Shown piece after piece: positions 37,502 to 48,993 of a stretch of 64,000 nt of DNA. Under the pieces are notes generated by a model. That model worked only from the letters and a program-made list of their open reading frames with translations. It ran no database searches and was not told where the DNA came from. The DNA is from a virus, in IMG/VR virus record IMGVR_UViG_3300009158_000001, positions 1 through 64,000 of that record; one strand, 5' to 3'. The translations under genes were made by a program, and so were the position numbers. Each line of letters opens with the position of its first letter. Within the stretch, counting starts at the first letter, position 1.

Positions 37502-37882
37502 TTAAAGGGCAGAGTCTAACTCTGGATCTATTGTAAAACTTATTTTATTTCTTTTTGTATCAACAAGAATCTTCTTATTTATTTTACTAAATAATAGTCC
37601 TTTGCTTCTGATAACTGGAAAAATATAAGTGATTTGATTTTCAGTATATATACCCAAAAATTGGGCATCTAATGAAAAACTTTCAATTGTTATTTTATAA
37701 ACTTCTTTTGAGCCAGCTGGCGTAATTAGTTTTCTTTTTTTTAATGAATAGATTCCATGAATTCCAATTTCATATTGTTGTTCATTTATATATAAATCTA
37801 ATCCAGTTAACTCTTGTTTAACTAGAAGATTACTTTTTAAATCTAAGAAATAATAATTTGTTTTATCTTTCCATTCCACCAT
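37502..37882 (-). CDS. Hypothetical protein
   Basis: 126 aa, TAATG coupling. Confidence 0.65.
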   Translation of the reverse strand: MVEWKDKTNYYFLDLKSNLLVKQELTGLDLYINEQQYEIGIHGIYSLKKRKLITPAGSKEVYKITIESFSLDAQFLGIYTENQITYIFPVIRSKGLLFSKINKKILVDTKRNKISFTIDPELDSAL

Positions 37883-38508
37883 TAGTTTGCCTCATATAAT
37901 GCTGACTCTCCATTTGCATGAGCAACTAGTTGAAAATCTACATCCAAGCTTGTACCAGGAGGAGTACGTAAGAATATTTTTACTTTAAGTAGCCCTCTTT
38001 GTTCTGCGTATTCATTAGGCTCCCACTGGGTTGAGTACAATCGAAATGTATTAGTTAAATCATAGCCAGGAGAACCAATTATATTACCTTGTCCATTAAA
38101 GATTAACGCCCGGTCAAGTGGAATCTTATTCAAAATATTTGAGCCTTGCTCCCAGTTGACTTGGAATTTCAACATGTTTTGTGTACTAAGAGTTCCAAAA
38201 TCATCTATATATGAGTTGGTATTACCACCACCTTGATAGTGTCCGAACACAATAAATAGCCCATAAGGCTTACCGTCACCATCTGATTGATTTCCTAAAG
38301 ATAGAATCTTATTTAGATCATCTAACTTTTTAGATGAAGTATAAAATCCAAAACCCATAAGGTTAACTGCTGAACTACCATCCATAGTTCCATTATTTCT
38401 TACCCATAACTCTTTCTCTTGTGCAGCTGAATTTAAGACTGTCTTGTTTAAAACAACTAAGTCAGCTGTTGCAGCCGTAGGATTTGAGCCAAACCATGTT
38501 AAGTTCAT
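37882..38508 (-). CDS. Hypothetical (putative virion) protein
   Basis: 208 aa, within the structural operon. Confidence 0.65.
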   Translation of the reverse strand: MNLTWFGSNPTAATADLVVLNKTVLNSAAQEKELWVRNNGTMDGSSAVNLMGFGFYTSSKKLDDLNKILSLGNQSDGDGKPYGLFIVFGHYQGGGNTNSYIDDFGTLSTQNMLKFQVNWEQGSNILNKIPLDRALIFNGQGNIIGSPGYDLTNTFRLYSTQWEPNEYAEQRGLLKVKIFLRTPPGTSLDVDFQLVAHANGESALYEAN

Positions 38509-38516
38509 ATTGTCAC

Positions 38517-41024
38517 CTAATCTTGTGAATTATAAAAAGCAATCATTGGAGAATTTGCAGATTGTAAATTACTACTTGAGTTTCTCCATCTACAATACAT
38601 ATAATTTTTATTTGGAACATCAGCTTCATAGACAAAATTATCTAATTGAAATTTTACAATATCATTTATAATTTCACCATCTTCTATATTAAAAGATACT
38701 AAAAGATTACGACTTTCATCTGTGCGCATTGAACCTTTCCATGAATTTTTAGATGGATCAGGAAAAGAATCGTCAACAAGTGAACTAAATACATCTAGTC
38801 TATCAAATAGAGAACTTTTATATTTAACATCAATAGTTAACTTGCTTTTAAGTACCATCAATTTTTTAACATCTGGACAATCCATATATTTTACATTTGG
38901 ATAGGAACCCATATTCTTATTCTTTATTATCTCTTCTTCTAGGTTTACATAGCTGTCAGCGTAGTCTTCTTGCTTTTGTATGGCGTTAATGCCAACTACG
39001 CTAGCAATAGACTCAATTGCTCCTTCTGCGTCTACTGTTGCTATTGTTATGAGTAAATCATTAATGCCATCAATACCACCAAGCTCAGATCCCAAGATAA
39101 GCAAGTCTTCTCCTATAGTGTATCCTTGCCCTGGATATATAACTACAACATCATTTATTGAATATGATCTTTTAAATTGACTAGTTGTAACTTTAATTTT
39201 TACAAGACAACCTGTCCCAGTTGTTTCTGCGTAGGTACTTGTAGGACTTATATTTAAGTATTCAATATATCCTTTTTCTGTTCTTTTTGCATTTAGATTA
39301 ACATCAAACAAAGGCAACTCTGTTCTATCCACATAGATTGCAAGATGATTCCTTGAACAAATGTCTACTTCATTACTAGGATTAAGGATACGGCTAAATA
39401 GAAAATCTTTTCCTCTCTTGATCAAATCCAAATCATTTTTAAGTCCAGCATATACACGTAAATCTTTATGTTTCACTCCATTAATATATTTTTCTTTTTT
39501 AAATGAAACAGAGCAAAACAAAACAAAATTAGCAGAGTAGTCTGCATTTACTGTATTCTTAAAAGGATTTACTACGCAGTACTCGTCAACAAAATCTAAT
39601 AGACTTAGTCCTGTTAGAGTTGTTTGTAGAATAGAAGAGTAAAAAATTATGTCTTTATATGTTTTAATTATAGGATCATAAACTTTTTTTGTTTTTAACC
39701 AATGTATTTTTGTTTTTTCAGCTCCAGTTCCAGGAGCAAGGAAGAAATACATATCTCCTTCAAGTAACCATCTTTCATTGACAGGATTTACATTATAGAA
39801 TTCTCTACTATTGTTTTCATCATCAACAATGTACTCAGCATATATAACATCGTTTTTCTGTAAAGGAATTCCATTACTATAAGTTACAACGCCAAGTGAA
39901 TAGTCAAGGCCTCCAGTAAAACTTTCATAAAGAACAATGTTTCTATCTAAGTAAGAACCTGACAAAAGCTTACCTAGTAATTCATCTTTGGTTGTTTGCC
40001 CAAAAACTGGTACTCCATTCCTCCAGACTGTAAAGGTAAATTGTAAGTTTTTGCTTGGATCAAGAAGAATATTCTTATCAGGAACAGCAAAACAAAACTC
40101 ATTAATATATTTGCCTTCTTTCTTTTGTGTCAAGAAGGGACTATAAGGAAAGTACATTTGATCTGAATAAGTAGCAATGCCGTTTAAAGAAACTTTCCAA
40201 GTTGTTTCATCGTCCCGTGTAATAGTAAATCCTTTGCCATCAAGAAGAAGTGGCCATGGTTTTCTAATTTCTAAACCTTCAGAAATAAAAGGTTTGACTT
40301 TTGTTTTGGCATGCTCTTTATAGTAAATAGTTTGACCAGCTACATATGGGAAATCAAATCTCCACAGATTGCCTTCTTTGCTTTTTCTGTAGAAAGGCTT
40401 TTTAACTCCATAAGATTCTTCTTCAGACAAGTAGTCATAGATAGTCTCTTCCTTAAAGAGTGGTTCCTCTTTGAATACCTGACTAACTAGCACAGAACTT
40501 TCAGCAGTCCCTTGTAAATAAGTTACAAAAGATGCTCGATACACTCCATTCTTGATATCTAATTCATTCTTGACGTTACTAGCAATAAAACTATAGTCTT
40601 TGTCATAGATAAAGAGATTAGAATCTGTTACTTTATTCCAAAGAAAAAACGAAGGTCTCGTATCTGGAACAACTGATGTAAGTCTATGTCCAAAAAACAT
40701 AGGTATAAAAAAAGAATTCTCATTCTTTACTATAGTTGTAAAAATTAAGTTTTCCTTTTCACTATAGATTGTCGAGTTATTACTAACATAGACCGTGTCA
40801 GAAACTGGCTCAATGTAGTTTTCAATGAAATTATTAATTTCAATAGCTTGTTCTGAGTATATCTTTTCTGTTTCTAAATAGGCAACCTGTATATCATCTG
40901 CTTGTACAGTTTGCCGCCACATAATAGCATTCCTTTCTGGCCGACTGCAGACAAAAACAGAATAACTATTTTCTATATTTTTATTTGATATAGATATTTT
41001 AAAAGGAATTGAAGACATAAGCAA
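38517..41024 (-). CDS. Large virion structural protein containing one copy of the GS-LGG/NDL module
   Basis: 835 aa ORF; module at about 38991-39266. Confidence 0.6.
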   Translation of the reverse strand: MLMSSIPFKISISNKNIENSYSVFVCSRPERNAIMWRQTVQADDIQVAYLETEKIYSEQAIEINNFIENYIEPVSDTVYVSNNSTIYSEKENLIFTTIVKNENSFFIPMFFGHRLTSVVPDTRPSFFLWNKVTDSNLFIYDKDYSFIASNVKNELDIKNGVYRASFVTYLQGTAESSVLVSQVFKEEPLFKEETIYDYLSEEESYGVKKPFYRKSKEGNLWRFDFPYVAGQTIYYKEHAKTKVKPFISEGLEIRKPWPLLLDGKGFTITRDDETTWKVSLNGIATYSDQMYFPYSPFLTQKKEGKYINEFCFAVPDKNILLDPSKNLQFTFTVWRNGVPVFGQTTKDELLGKLLSGSYLDRNIVLYESFTGGLDYSLGVVTYSNGIPLQKNDVIYAEYIVDDENNSREFYNVNPVNERWLLEGDMYFFLAPGTGAEKTKIHWLKTKKVYDPIIKTYKDIIFYSSILQTTLTGLSLLDFVDEYCVVNPFKNTVNADYSANFVLFCSVSFKKEKYINGVKHKDLRVYAGLKNDLDLIKRGKDFLFSRILNPSNEVDICSRNHLAIYVDRTELPLFDVNLNAKRTEKGYIEYLNISPTSTYAETTGTGCLVKIKVTTSQFKRSYSINDVVVIYPGQGYTIGEDLLILGSELGGIDGINDLLITIATVDAEGAIESIASVVGINAIQKQEDYADSYVNLEEEIIKNKNMGSYPNVKYMDCPDVKKLMVLKSKLTIDVKYKSSLFDRLDVFSSLVDDSFPDPSKNSWKGSMRTDESRNLLVSFNIEDGEIINDIVKFQLDNFVYEADVPNKNYMYCRWRNSSSNLQSANSPMIAFYNSQD

Positions 41025-41031
41025 TTAGTCC

Positions 41032-44000
41032 TTAATAGGCAATTCCACTTGTGGAAATATTTGGAGCTGGATCTCTTTCAAGAGCTGTTATTGTTTTTAA
41101 TGTCAGCCTGCCTTTAAATTCAACCCAAACATATGTATGTATCCCCTCATCTATGCTTCCTCCGATAATGGAAGCTCGACCTTGACTTGTTCCTGGCTGG
41201 ATAACATGGCCTGTTAAGACTTCTCCTCCAGCACCAATGGAATCAATATAAAACCTAACGTTGTTAGTTGTATCTCTTCCTTGCAACAGGCTACCAGGAA
41301 TAAGAACGTAATCATTAACATCATACCCACTTCCTCCATTAACAATGTTAATGGAAATATTTCCAGATACAGGATCATCATTATAAGGACCACTTGGCCC
41401 AACTGGAAGAGTAATATCTAACTCTAAACCTTTGTTATCTGTGAAGCTTGTAATAAACTCTGCAGGTTCATTTCCATACTGATCTGTTAAAAATACCCTA
41501 TATGGAACAGGAGAATTTGGCCAATTATCCATTTTTTTGTCAAAATGCAAAAGCAAACAAAACATTTTATTTTGCATATATCCTGCATATTTTGACTTAA
41601 ATAAAGGAAATCTATTATAGTAACTATCGTGATTGTGTAACATCTCGCAAACACCAATTGCTGCATCATATCCAACTGCTCCACCAAGTGGCGAAGTGTG
41701 AAAAAGATATCCGCCTGCTGGGTAACTTTGGTCAACTCCAGTTGATGGAATACTTCCACTTGATTTCATTAAAACAGGAATTTTTTGATGAATGTCTTCG
41801 ATACCCATATCAAGACTGCCTTTTGCTTTGTAAGACTCAACCATAAATACATTACCTGCAAGAACCTGCCTGTAATCACGGTTAAAGGGACTATCACCTA
41901 AATTTTGTTCTGCCTCATCATAGGCTGGGCTCGGACTATCGGCGTCGCCAGTTGTTCGACCATTTGGCGCAATAAGCCTTTGGCCAATAAAATATTCTAA
42001 GTCTACTTTAAGCGATTGCAAACTAATTGGAAAAGTATCAAATAAATTTATATGATCCCCAGAACGCGCAAGAAGCATATCTTCTGAGCCACGAATCAAT
42101 TGATCAACAAATATACTAGGAGCCATTAGCCGAGAACCAAAGAAACCAGGACTAGTTGGATTAGAACCTGGCGCACACAGAATATAACCATCTCCATTCT
42201 GACCGCCCACCCAGTTTGGTACGTCTTGAGAATCATTCTGATACATTGGATAAACTTGTTCAGTTGACATTACAAATGTTTTATGTGCCAAATAATTTTC
42301 TATTCGCATAGGAAAGCTGGTCGCGTTCTCCTGTATAAGGTCTCCCATATAATGTCTAACTTTAAATGGAACAACATACTCAGCTGTATAGGGCTGATAA
42401 GGATCATTTCTAAATCCTGCAAAAGCTTCTACGAAAGAAGCTTGACGAATTGCTGAGCCATAGTCTTCTGCTCTATGCGAACCTAAAGAAATTCTTCTGC
42501 TATTCTGCCAAGGAGCAGGATCGCTACTAGATGCTAATCCTGATCCACTATCTCTTAGAATTTTGCCATCCATAGATCTAATTGAATCCCATGGCTTAAC
42601 AAGACCCCATCTATAAAAACCTTTTCCAAAGTTATATAGAAGATTAATATTTCCACCAGACGTATTTGTATATGAGTTTACATTTAAGCCAGCCTCAAAC
42701 TGAGGCTCTACATCTGTTACTTTACCCCAAAATCTAAATTCTCTGTGGATAAACTGATTATTATCAATTGCAGTTAAAATAGGAGATTCTGGTCCCCAAT
42801 TTTGACTTTCAGCTTTAAGACCTAATCCAACCTTAAAATCAGGATGAAGATTATCTAATTGCCCAGATAGACAAAAATTAATTCCATATGTTCCACGAAA
42901 AAACGGACGACCATATACCCACCCAAGAATATGCGAGTCTGATGCTTTGCCAATTTTGCCTTTAACTAACGTATTAGACCTATTACGATCTGGGGCTAAG
43001 CTAAATATATCTAGAATAGGACCTGGTCCATAGTCTAACTCATCATCATTGGCATCATATACTCCACCTGTACTTCCATTAAGTGCAGGATAGTTAATAG
43101 CATTTGAACTCCATAATGAAGCAAGGTGATGGCTTGTATAGTCCTTAGACCAAGGAGCAAGAAAAACATTATTATCTCTGTCAACAACTGGTCCAGGAGA
43201 AGAAAGAATACCAGCACCAGATGCAATAACATTTCCTTTTGTATCTGCTGAATCTAAGGTCTTTAAAGCAAAGGTTCCTTTGTCACTTATTGCTTCGGGA
43301 TAACTAACTTCCAAGGCAAATGTTCCAGGGATACCAGTCGATGTTTTTCCTCTCGTTGCTGGATTGACAGAAGACTCAGACTTTCCTTCTCCTCCGACAC
43401 TAAGCCAGATATTAGAACCTTTAATAGCTTTTACTGCAAAGCCATCTCTATACTGATAATCAGTTTTTGCTGGACTATTTGTATTTGTCCCAGCTTTTGA
43501 ATTTGCAGTAGTGACAATATTAAACTCACCAGCTCTCCAATAGGCACTTGCTTCTGTATTAAAATATGGATCAATAACTGCAAGACGACCATTAAAGATA
43601 TCTTCTCTATATCCAAAGTATAGATTACCCCATCCAATATTTAATCCACCAATATTGGATGTGTCAGAATTCCCTAGACGAATAGCACCTGTTTCATCTC
43701 CTGGTATAAACCCATGCTTTGACAAAGAAGAAAGATTATTTTGCTGATCAAATTTATTAGGAGCTATAAAAGGATAAGGTTCGTAATAAAGTTTTACTGC
43801 TCCATGAGTATTTGGATAACTTTTATTCTGGAATGGCGCAACTTTGTCTGAATTCAAAACAAGATGAAGGTCCAAACCTGTTACATCTCCCCCACTTTCT
43901 GCAACCACTCTTAAAGTAAGATCATTATCTGGGGTTATTCCTCCAACTAGACTACCTGGAATTTTAATAATATTGCCAACAGCATAACCAGATCCATTAT

Positions 44001-45798
44001 TCAGGATAGCATTTACAAAATCACCAACAGGATAATCATTGTAAATTACAAGTTGGTTTGCTGGAATTTTTATCTGGAGCTGAAGACCAGTCCCAGACCC
44101 CAGAATAGTAGTAGGAGTAACAACATAATAAGAATAGCTATTCTCAGAGGAAATATCTGGATTTCCAAATACAAAAGAATGGCTTCTTAGCTGTGAGTAA
44201 TCAGAAATATCACTAGACAAACTCCAAGTTATTTTTTCTTGACGATTTCCAGAATTCAAACCCGTAGTTTGCGTGCTGTATTGATATGTCTTAGGTGTTG
44301 ACTCTATTGGAAAAAAAGCAAAATCTCCGAAGAACATATTCTTATTTAAATTAGAATCATATGCGCTGTTCTTGTCGTAGAATCCTTGAGATCCACCAAA
44401 CTTATATCCTAGTCTACTGAGGTACTGAGGATGGACATCGTTAGGGATCTCAGAATCAGTAAGAAATCTTGAATACCCAAAGAAATTCAAACCACCACTT
44501 TCTCCTGCAAGTTTATCTCCAATTGGAATAGCTGGCATATCTAAGTGAGTATGAACTAAATCTCTATGTGAAATTCTTTTGCTATTTATTCCATCATGAT
44601 CATGTTGCGAAAAGTTAATAGCATTTTGTGCAATACTTCCAGTTAAAGATGTTCCAACTGTAAACAAGAAGAAATCTTTTGAATTATAATTTGATCCGCT
44701 AGCACTTAAGAGATTGCCAGAGTCATCAAGCCATACATTTTTTAGGGATGCCGGTGTTGTAAAGTTATAAACAATTTCACTACTAGTTCTTATTAGTGTT
44801 ACAGGATAAGACTCTCCAGTCCGGCTATCAAATAACAAAGTAATATTATCTTGTAGTGTGCTGCCAGCAAAAACATCATTTCCTCCAACTGAGACATTTG
44901 GAAGAACATAGTTTTTAATTCCACCAATAGCTTTTCCTACTGGCTCAAACCCAGCTGCAACTTTCTGAAGAGCTTCGCCATTGCCATAACTTAGTAGACT
45001 TTCTTTTACAGAAATAACTTCTGGAAGTCTCATCTTCCAAAGCGCAGTGTCATTTTGCGAGGATACGTACTCTATCTTTAGGCAACCATACTCATCACTT
45101 AATGAATCAACTAAGCTATTTCTTGTTTCTAGACTAAGACTAAGAATTGAAAGATCTGGAATACAGTTATATCCTGCTCCAATATAAGACTCTGTGTTAG
45201 GAACATATAGGTCGTACTTTAAAGATTCACCATGGTTAAAATAGCAATTGCTATATAGAGTTGCTGATGCCACATCCACATAATAAGCTGGACTGATAGA
45301 GGTATAGACTTGATCTTTTAATGTTTTACGTGAAAACGCAACACCAGCAACTACCAATGTATACGAGATCGGTCCAGTAGCTTTTCCTGGAGGAAAAGGA
45401 AGTTGTTGTTCAAGAGTGTCTCGCTTTAAAGGCCAACCTGCAGTCTGAGTTTCTTTTAGGTGATAAGAACCCGGAATGTATCGAAGATTCAAAAGAGAAT
45501 GTGCTCCGATAATTCTTGCAAGATTAAATGTATTCGTAATAGAGTTAGAAGCTGCAGCAAGCAAAGTAGATCTATTTGTACTATTCATTTTTGAATAATA
45601 AGTAGATGTACTTGTTATGTAATCCTTAGATTCAATACTTGCGCCTTTTCTGACAAGGGGCCCAAGTAAATTATTTAATAGACTAAACCCAGATCGAACA
45701 GATTCATATAGTTTATTGAATACAATAGCTTCAGGTAAAGCTCCGGTCGTAAAATTAAAACTAGGAACATTTAAGCCTTTTTTTAAGCTATCACTCAT
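41032..45798 (-). CDS. Very large virion structural protein (putative fibre/baseplate) with two GS-LGG/NDL modules
   Basis: 1588 aa. HDHDG...ISHRDL and DVHPQYL motifs typical of fibre proteins. Modules at about 41201-41440 and 43867-44130. Confidence 0.6.
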   Translation of the reverse strand: MSDSLKKGLNVPSFNFTTGALPEAIVFNKLYESVRSGFSLLNNLLGPLVRKGASIESKDYITSTSTYYSKMNSTNRSTLLAAASNSITNTFNLARIIGAHSLLNLRYIPGSYHLKETQTAGWPLKRDTLEQQLPFPPGKATGPISYTLVVAGVAFSRKTLKDQVYTSISPAYYVDVASATLYSNCYFNHGESLKYDLYVPNTESYIGAGYNCIPDLSILSLSLETRNSLVDSLSDEYGCLKIEYVSSQNDTALWKMRLPEVISVKESLLSYGNGEALQKVAAGFEPVGKAIGGIKNYVLPNVSVGGNDVFAGSTLQDNITLLFDSRTGESYPVTLIRTSSEIVYNFTTPASLKNVWLDDSGNLLSASGSNYNSKDFFLFTVGTSLTGSIAQNAINFSQHDHDGINSKRISHRDLVHTHLDMPAIPIGDKLAGESGGLNFFGYSRFLTDSEIPNDVHPQYLSRLGYKFGGSQGFYDKNSAYDSNLNKNMFFGDFAFFPIESTPKTYQYSTQTTGLNSGNRQEKITWSLSSDISDYSQLRSHSFVFGNPDISSENSYSYYVVTPTTILGSGTGLQLQIKIPANQLVIYNDYPVGDFVNAILNNGSGYAVGNIIKIPGSLVGGITPDNDLTLRVVAESGGDVTGLDLHLVLNSDKVAPFQNKSYPNTHGAVKLYYEPYPFIAPNKFDQQNNLSSLSKHGFIPGDETGAIRLGNSDTSNIGGLNIGWGNLYFGYREDIFNGRLAVIDPYFNTEASAYWRAGEFNIVTTANSKAGTNTNSPAKTDYQYRDGFAVKAIKGSNIWLSVGGEGKSESSVNPATRGKTSTGIPGTFALEVSYPEAISDKGTFALKTLDSADTKGNVIASGAGILSSPGPVVDRDNNVFLAPWSKDYTSHHLASLWSSNAINYPALNGSTGGVYDANDDELDYGPGPILDIFSLAPDRNRSNTLVKGKIGKASDSHILGWVYGRPFFRGTYGINFCLSGQLDNLHPDFKVGLGLKAESQNWGPESPILTAIDNNQFIHREFRFWGKVTDVEPQFEAGLNVNSYTNTSGGNINLLYNFGKGFYRWGLVKPWDSIRSMDGKILRDSGSGLASSSDPAPWQNSRRISLGSHRAEDYGSAIRQASFVEAFAGFRNDPYQPYTAEYVVPFKVRHYMGDLIQENATSFPMRIENYLAHKTFVMSTEQVYPMYQNDSQDVPNWVGGQNGDGYILCAPGSNPTSPGFFGSRLMAPSIFVDQLIRGSEDMLLARSGDHINLFDTFPISLQSLKVDLEYFIGQRLIAPNGRTTGDADSPSPAYDEAEQNLGDSPFNRDYRQVLAGNVFMVESYKAKGSLDMGIEDIHQKIPVLMKSSGSIPSTGVDQSYPAGGYLFHTSPLGGAVGYDAAIGVCEMLHNHDSYYNRFPLFKSKYAGYMQNKMFCLLLHFDKKMDNWPNSPVPYRVFLTDQYGNEPAEFITSFTDNKGLELDITLPVGPSGPYNDDPVSGNISINIVNGGSGYDVNDYVLIPGSLLQGRDTTNNVRFYIDSIGAGGEVLTGHVIQPGTSQGRASIIGGSIDEGIHTYVWVEFKGRLTLKTITALERDPAPNISTSGIAY

Positions 45799-45831
45799 TT
45801 GTTAATCCTTTTAAATTCTTAAAAATTTAAA

Positions 45832-48800
45832 TTATAGTTTTATATTAAAGCTAATCTCTGAAGAGCCATTCTCGTAAACTCCAAGATGATTACTTAAGTA
45901 ATTTATACCATTGGAGTTTACATAGGAAACATATGGCATAGTAGGCCCAACCTTTGAACTTGCAGCTATATTATTTATCGTAAAAAAGGTATTTACCCCT
46001 ATAGTAGATGCGTCTTGGCTACCAGAGCCAGGCAATCTCCACCCATAGGGTATTTTGACCGTTTTTAGTAAATTCTCGACAACACCTTTGTCAAGGTTAT
46101 TAAGTTCTATTTCAAACTCAACGCTATTCGAATAGATAACATTATCATTATCACCATAGGTTGACGCCATAATATTAGCTTTTGTTTCTGGAATTAAAGC
46201 ATATCCAGCAATAGCATTATTCGGATCGGTCTCATTTGGCAAAGGTAAGATTTCACTTACTAAAAACTTTCGACCTCCTGAACTATAAGACGAAGTCATT
46301 ACAGGACCATATACGTTCTGAAATGGGTTTGGACTAGACAAAGAATCAGCATCATAAGAAGGGTGCTTCCATTCCGTAGGAGATGCTGAAGTTGACTTTA
46401 GTCTTGCAAGAACTGATTTTTTACCGTTCATTTTTGCAGGATGAAATGCTTTATCATCTGGTCTAAGCATTCTAAATGAAGTAACTTTATGATCTGCAAC
46501 ATTACCAGAGTAACTAGTTGTAAAATTTACGACTGCTCCTCCTGGGAAAAAATTAGATGTTACCTGATCTATAGTTAGATATAAATCATGCGTTACATTT
46601 GTACCATTTAAAAGACTTCCCTGTACTTTTATTACATCACCTTCAAAAAAATTAGTCCCATGAGTTTCAATGCTAACAGTAGTATTTGTTCCGTATTGGT
46701 ATGCAACTCCTGCTATTGGTGTAGCTATCTGGATATTAAGTGTTGGCATAGTCTTGCCATTCGGATAAGCTGAAGAAACTAATACAGTAGGAACATTTGC
46801 ATAAGTTTTTATCTTTGCCACAAAAGGAGTTTCTGAATCTGCTATTATTGCAAATGTAGTGTTAGTCTCTCTTGGCGCATAAAAAATAGACGAAGCCCAA
46901 GCCTCTGGAATTTCTACAATATCCTTTATTTTGTAAACATCATTGTGCTCTATGCCTTCTATTGAGAGAACCATTTTCCCACCAATATAAGTACTAGCAC
47001 TTTCTTTGTTTATCCAATCGTAGAAAATTAATCCTTTATCATATCCATTGTTACTGTTATCAACTCCCCAAGAAGAATTACTATTTCTAAGTTTTAAGAT
47101 TCTAGTAGAAATGCTAGAAGGATTAACAAATACGCCAACTTTTTCATCTATGCTAAGACCTTGCGTATTTGGTATTACGTACTTTATTCCAGTAGTGCCA
47201 ATAGATCCATCATCCTTAGTAATCATATAAAGAATGTTTGTTTGAGTAGCGTCGCCTGAAACAGGCAACTCATAACTATCTGGAATACTTAAAAAGGTAT
47301 TAGCACCTAACGCAACAACATCAGCAGCTTTAAATGTAATCCAATTAAACTCACTATCACCCGGAGAATAAGTTGCATAGAAGATTCCCAGATCATTTGT
47401 AATTACACTAGTAGATAATGCTCCGTTTATTAATCCTTTGCCTTCTTGTATAAAGACAGTTACTTCTTGATTAACTATTGGATCGTTACTCTCTGATAAG
47501 ACTTGTCCTTCGAGATAGACAATTTCATTCTGATTGCTCAGAGGTCCATATACAAAAGTACTTGTTCGCTCCCCGCGCCTCAAGTAATTTATTCCTACTG
47601 CCTTTAGTGTAATCTTATAAGGATATTTTTTATTCTTACCAAGCACTGCGATGGTTTTTTGATTAGCCCAAAGCCAAGGATCAAGAGTCTTCTCTATATG
47701 CTGTTGCGGTCCTAATCCATTAGCTGTTGATAGACCAACACAAGGAGCATAATAGGCATATACTTCTTCATTACTATCTACTGTTGATAGATAAGAATAG
47801 GGAGAAATAATACAATTTGCTGGAAAATTTTGTATTGTTTTAATTAAGATTTTGTTTTTACTTAGTTTCCAAAAGGGAACAACCACTGGTGCGTTTGGCG
47901 CATGATATATAGTTATATAACCATTATCATCGAATGCATCTGTATTAAGATGTAAATAAACATTTCCGAATTCAGGAGAATTATCTCCTGCTTGTGCACC
48001 TATTGGTTTTGTATATACAAATTGTGTAGAGCTTGATAACGTCTTTTTGCAAAAAGAAATCTTACCAGTATATCTATCGAAATAACAAGCATTGCCATCT
48101 TCATTATTTTTTGCTTCAAGCTCAGCTTCTAGATAGGAATTATAAGTCTTGTATATTGTTATAGCCCCTGTATTTTTGTTTCTACTAAGGATTGTAGTGC
48201 GACCAGCCTCAAATGGGGTAGTAGCATACCCTTCACTTGCCGGAGAGTATTTAAGCCTAAATGTGGAGTTATAGCCAGACTCTTTTCCTTTACCAAGATA
48301 CTCACAGAAAGCTTTAAAGCTTCCATCTGCCAAACTTGCATTTCGATCTTCTAATGATAGATCGCTGAATGAAGTATTGTCTCTTAACCCACTTGAAAAG
48401 TCATCAGACTTTTGCAAGTAGTTATTAACTAGTAACCCATCTAACGCTTCATTAAAGGCATATCCCATATAGGGCAGGCTAGTATAACTATCGATCTCAT
48501 TGGGCACCGCAAATAATGTGTAATCGCCTTTGTTAACTTTATAAACATTACTAGATATAAAATTAATTTGCGCTGCTTTGCGCCTTATATCAGTTTCCTC
48601 TTCCTGTTCTCTTGACCAGAAACTATCTAAAGAAATAGTAGACCCAGAAGATGAAAGCGTTGCTACTTCTATAGAGCTTCTAGGCTGAATATAAGCTGTT
48701 AGTCCGCCAATCTGAGTCTCTCCAGAAGAAACATAAAGCTTATTGTCTCTTGTGAAAGACATAAGACTTTTCTCGTGTAAGATTCCATTTCGATAATATT

Positions 48801-48993
48801 CTTTACCAATCTCTTTTGGATTCTTAGAAAAACTCCAATACTTTTCAGTAGGAGTTACTGCACCAAATCTACTAAGTGCAGTTAGTCCAGTAACTACATT
48901 GTAATTTATTTTTGACTCTCGTACATTTAGTACAGATGTGTAGACAGAAATAGAATAAGTTAAAGATACTTTATTTATCATAATAAGTCCCAT
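45832..48993 (-). CDS. Large virion structural protein with Ig-like (Big-1-type) domain and one GS-LGG/NDL module
   Basis: 1053 aa. LEGQVLSESNDPIVNQEVTVF...VITNDLGIFYATY is Ig-like. Module at about 46504-46803. Confidence 0.6.
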   Translation of the reverse strand: MGLIMINKVSLTYSISVYTSVLNVRESKINYNVVTGLTALSRFGAVTPTEKYWSFSKNPKEIGKEYYRNGILHEKSLMSFTRDNKLYVSSGETQIGGLTAYIQPRSSIEVATLSSSGSTISLDSFWSREQEEETDIRRKAAQINFISSNVYKVNKGDYTLFAVPNEIDSYTSLPYMGYAFNEALDGLLVNNYLQKSDDFSSGLRDNTSFSDLSLEDRNASLADGSFKAFCEYLGKGKESGYNSTFRLKYSPASEGYATTPFEAGRTTILSRNKNTGAITIYKTYNSYLEAELEAKNNEDGNACYFDRYTGKISFCKKTLSSSTQFVYTKPIGAQAGDNSPEFGNVYLHLNTDAFDDNGYITIYHAPNAPVVVPFWKLSKNKILIKTIQNFPANCIISPYSYLSTVDSNEEVYAYYAPCVGLSTANGLGPQQHIEKTLDPWLWANQKTIAVLGKNKKYPYKITLKAVGINYLRRGERTSTFVYGPLSNQNEIVYLEGQVLSESNDPIVNQEVTVFIQEGKGLINGALSTSVITNDLGIFYATYSPGDSEFNWITFKAADVVALGANTFLSIPDSYELPVSGDATQTNILYMITKDDGSIGTTGIKYVIPNTQGLSIDEKVGVFVNPSSISTRILKLRNSNSSWGVDNSNNGYDKGLIFYDWINKESASTYIGGKMVLSIEGIEHNDVYKIKDIVEIPEAWASSIFYAPRETNTTFAIIADSETPFVAKIKTYANVPTVLVSSAYPNGKTMPTLNIQIATPIAGVAYQYGTNTTVSIETHGTNFFEGDVIKVQGSLLNGTNVTHDLYLTIDQVTSNFFPGGAVVNFTTSYSGNVADHKVTSFRMLRPDDKAFHPAKMNGKKSVLARLKSTSASPTEWKHPSYDADSLSSPNPFQNVYGPVMTSSYSSGGRKFLVSEILPLPNETDPNNAIAGYALIPETKANIMASTYGDNDNVIYSNSVEFEIELNNLDKGVVENLLKTVKIPYGWRLPGSGSQDASTIGVNTFFTINNIAASSKVGPTMPYVSYVNSNGINYLSNHLGVYENGSSEISFNIKL

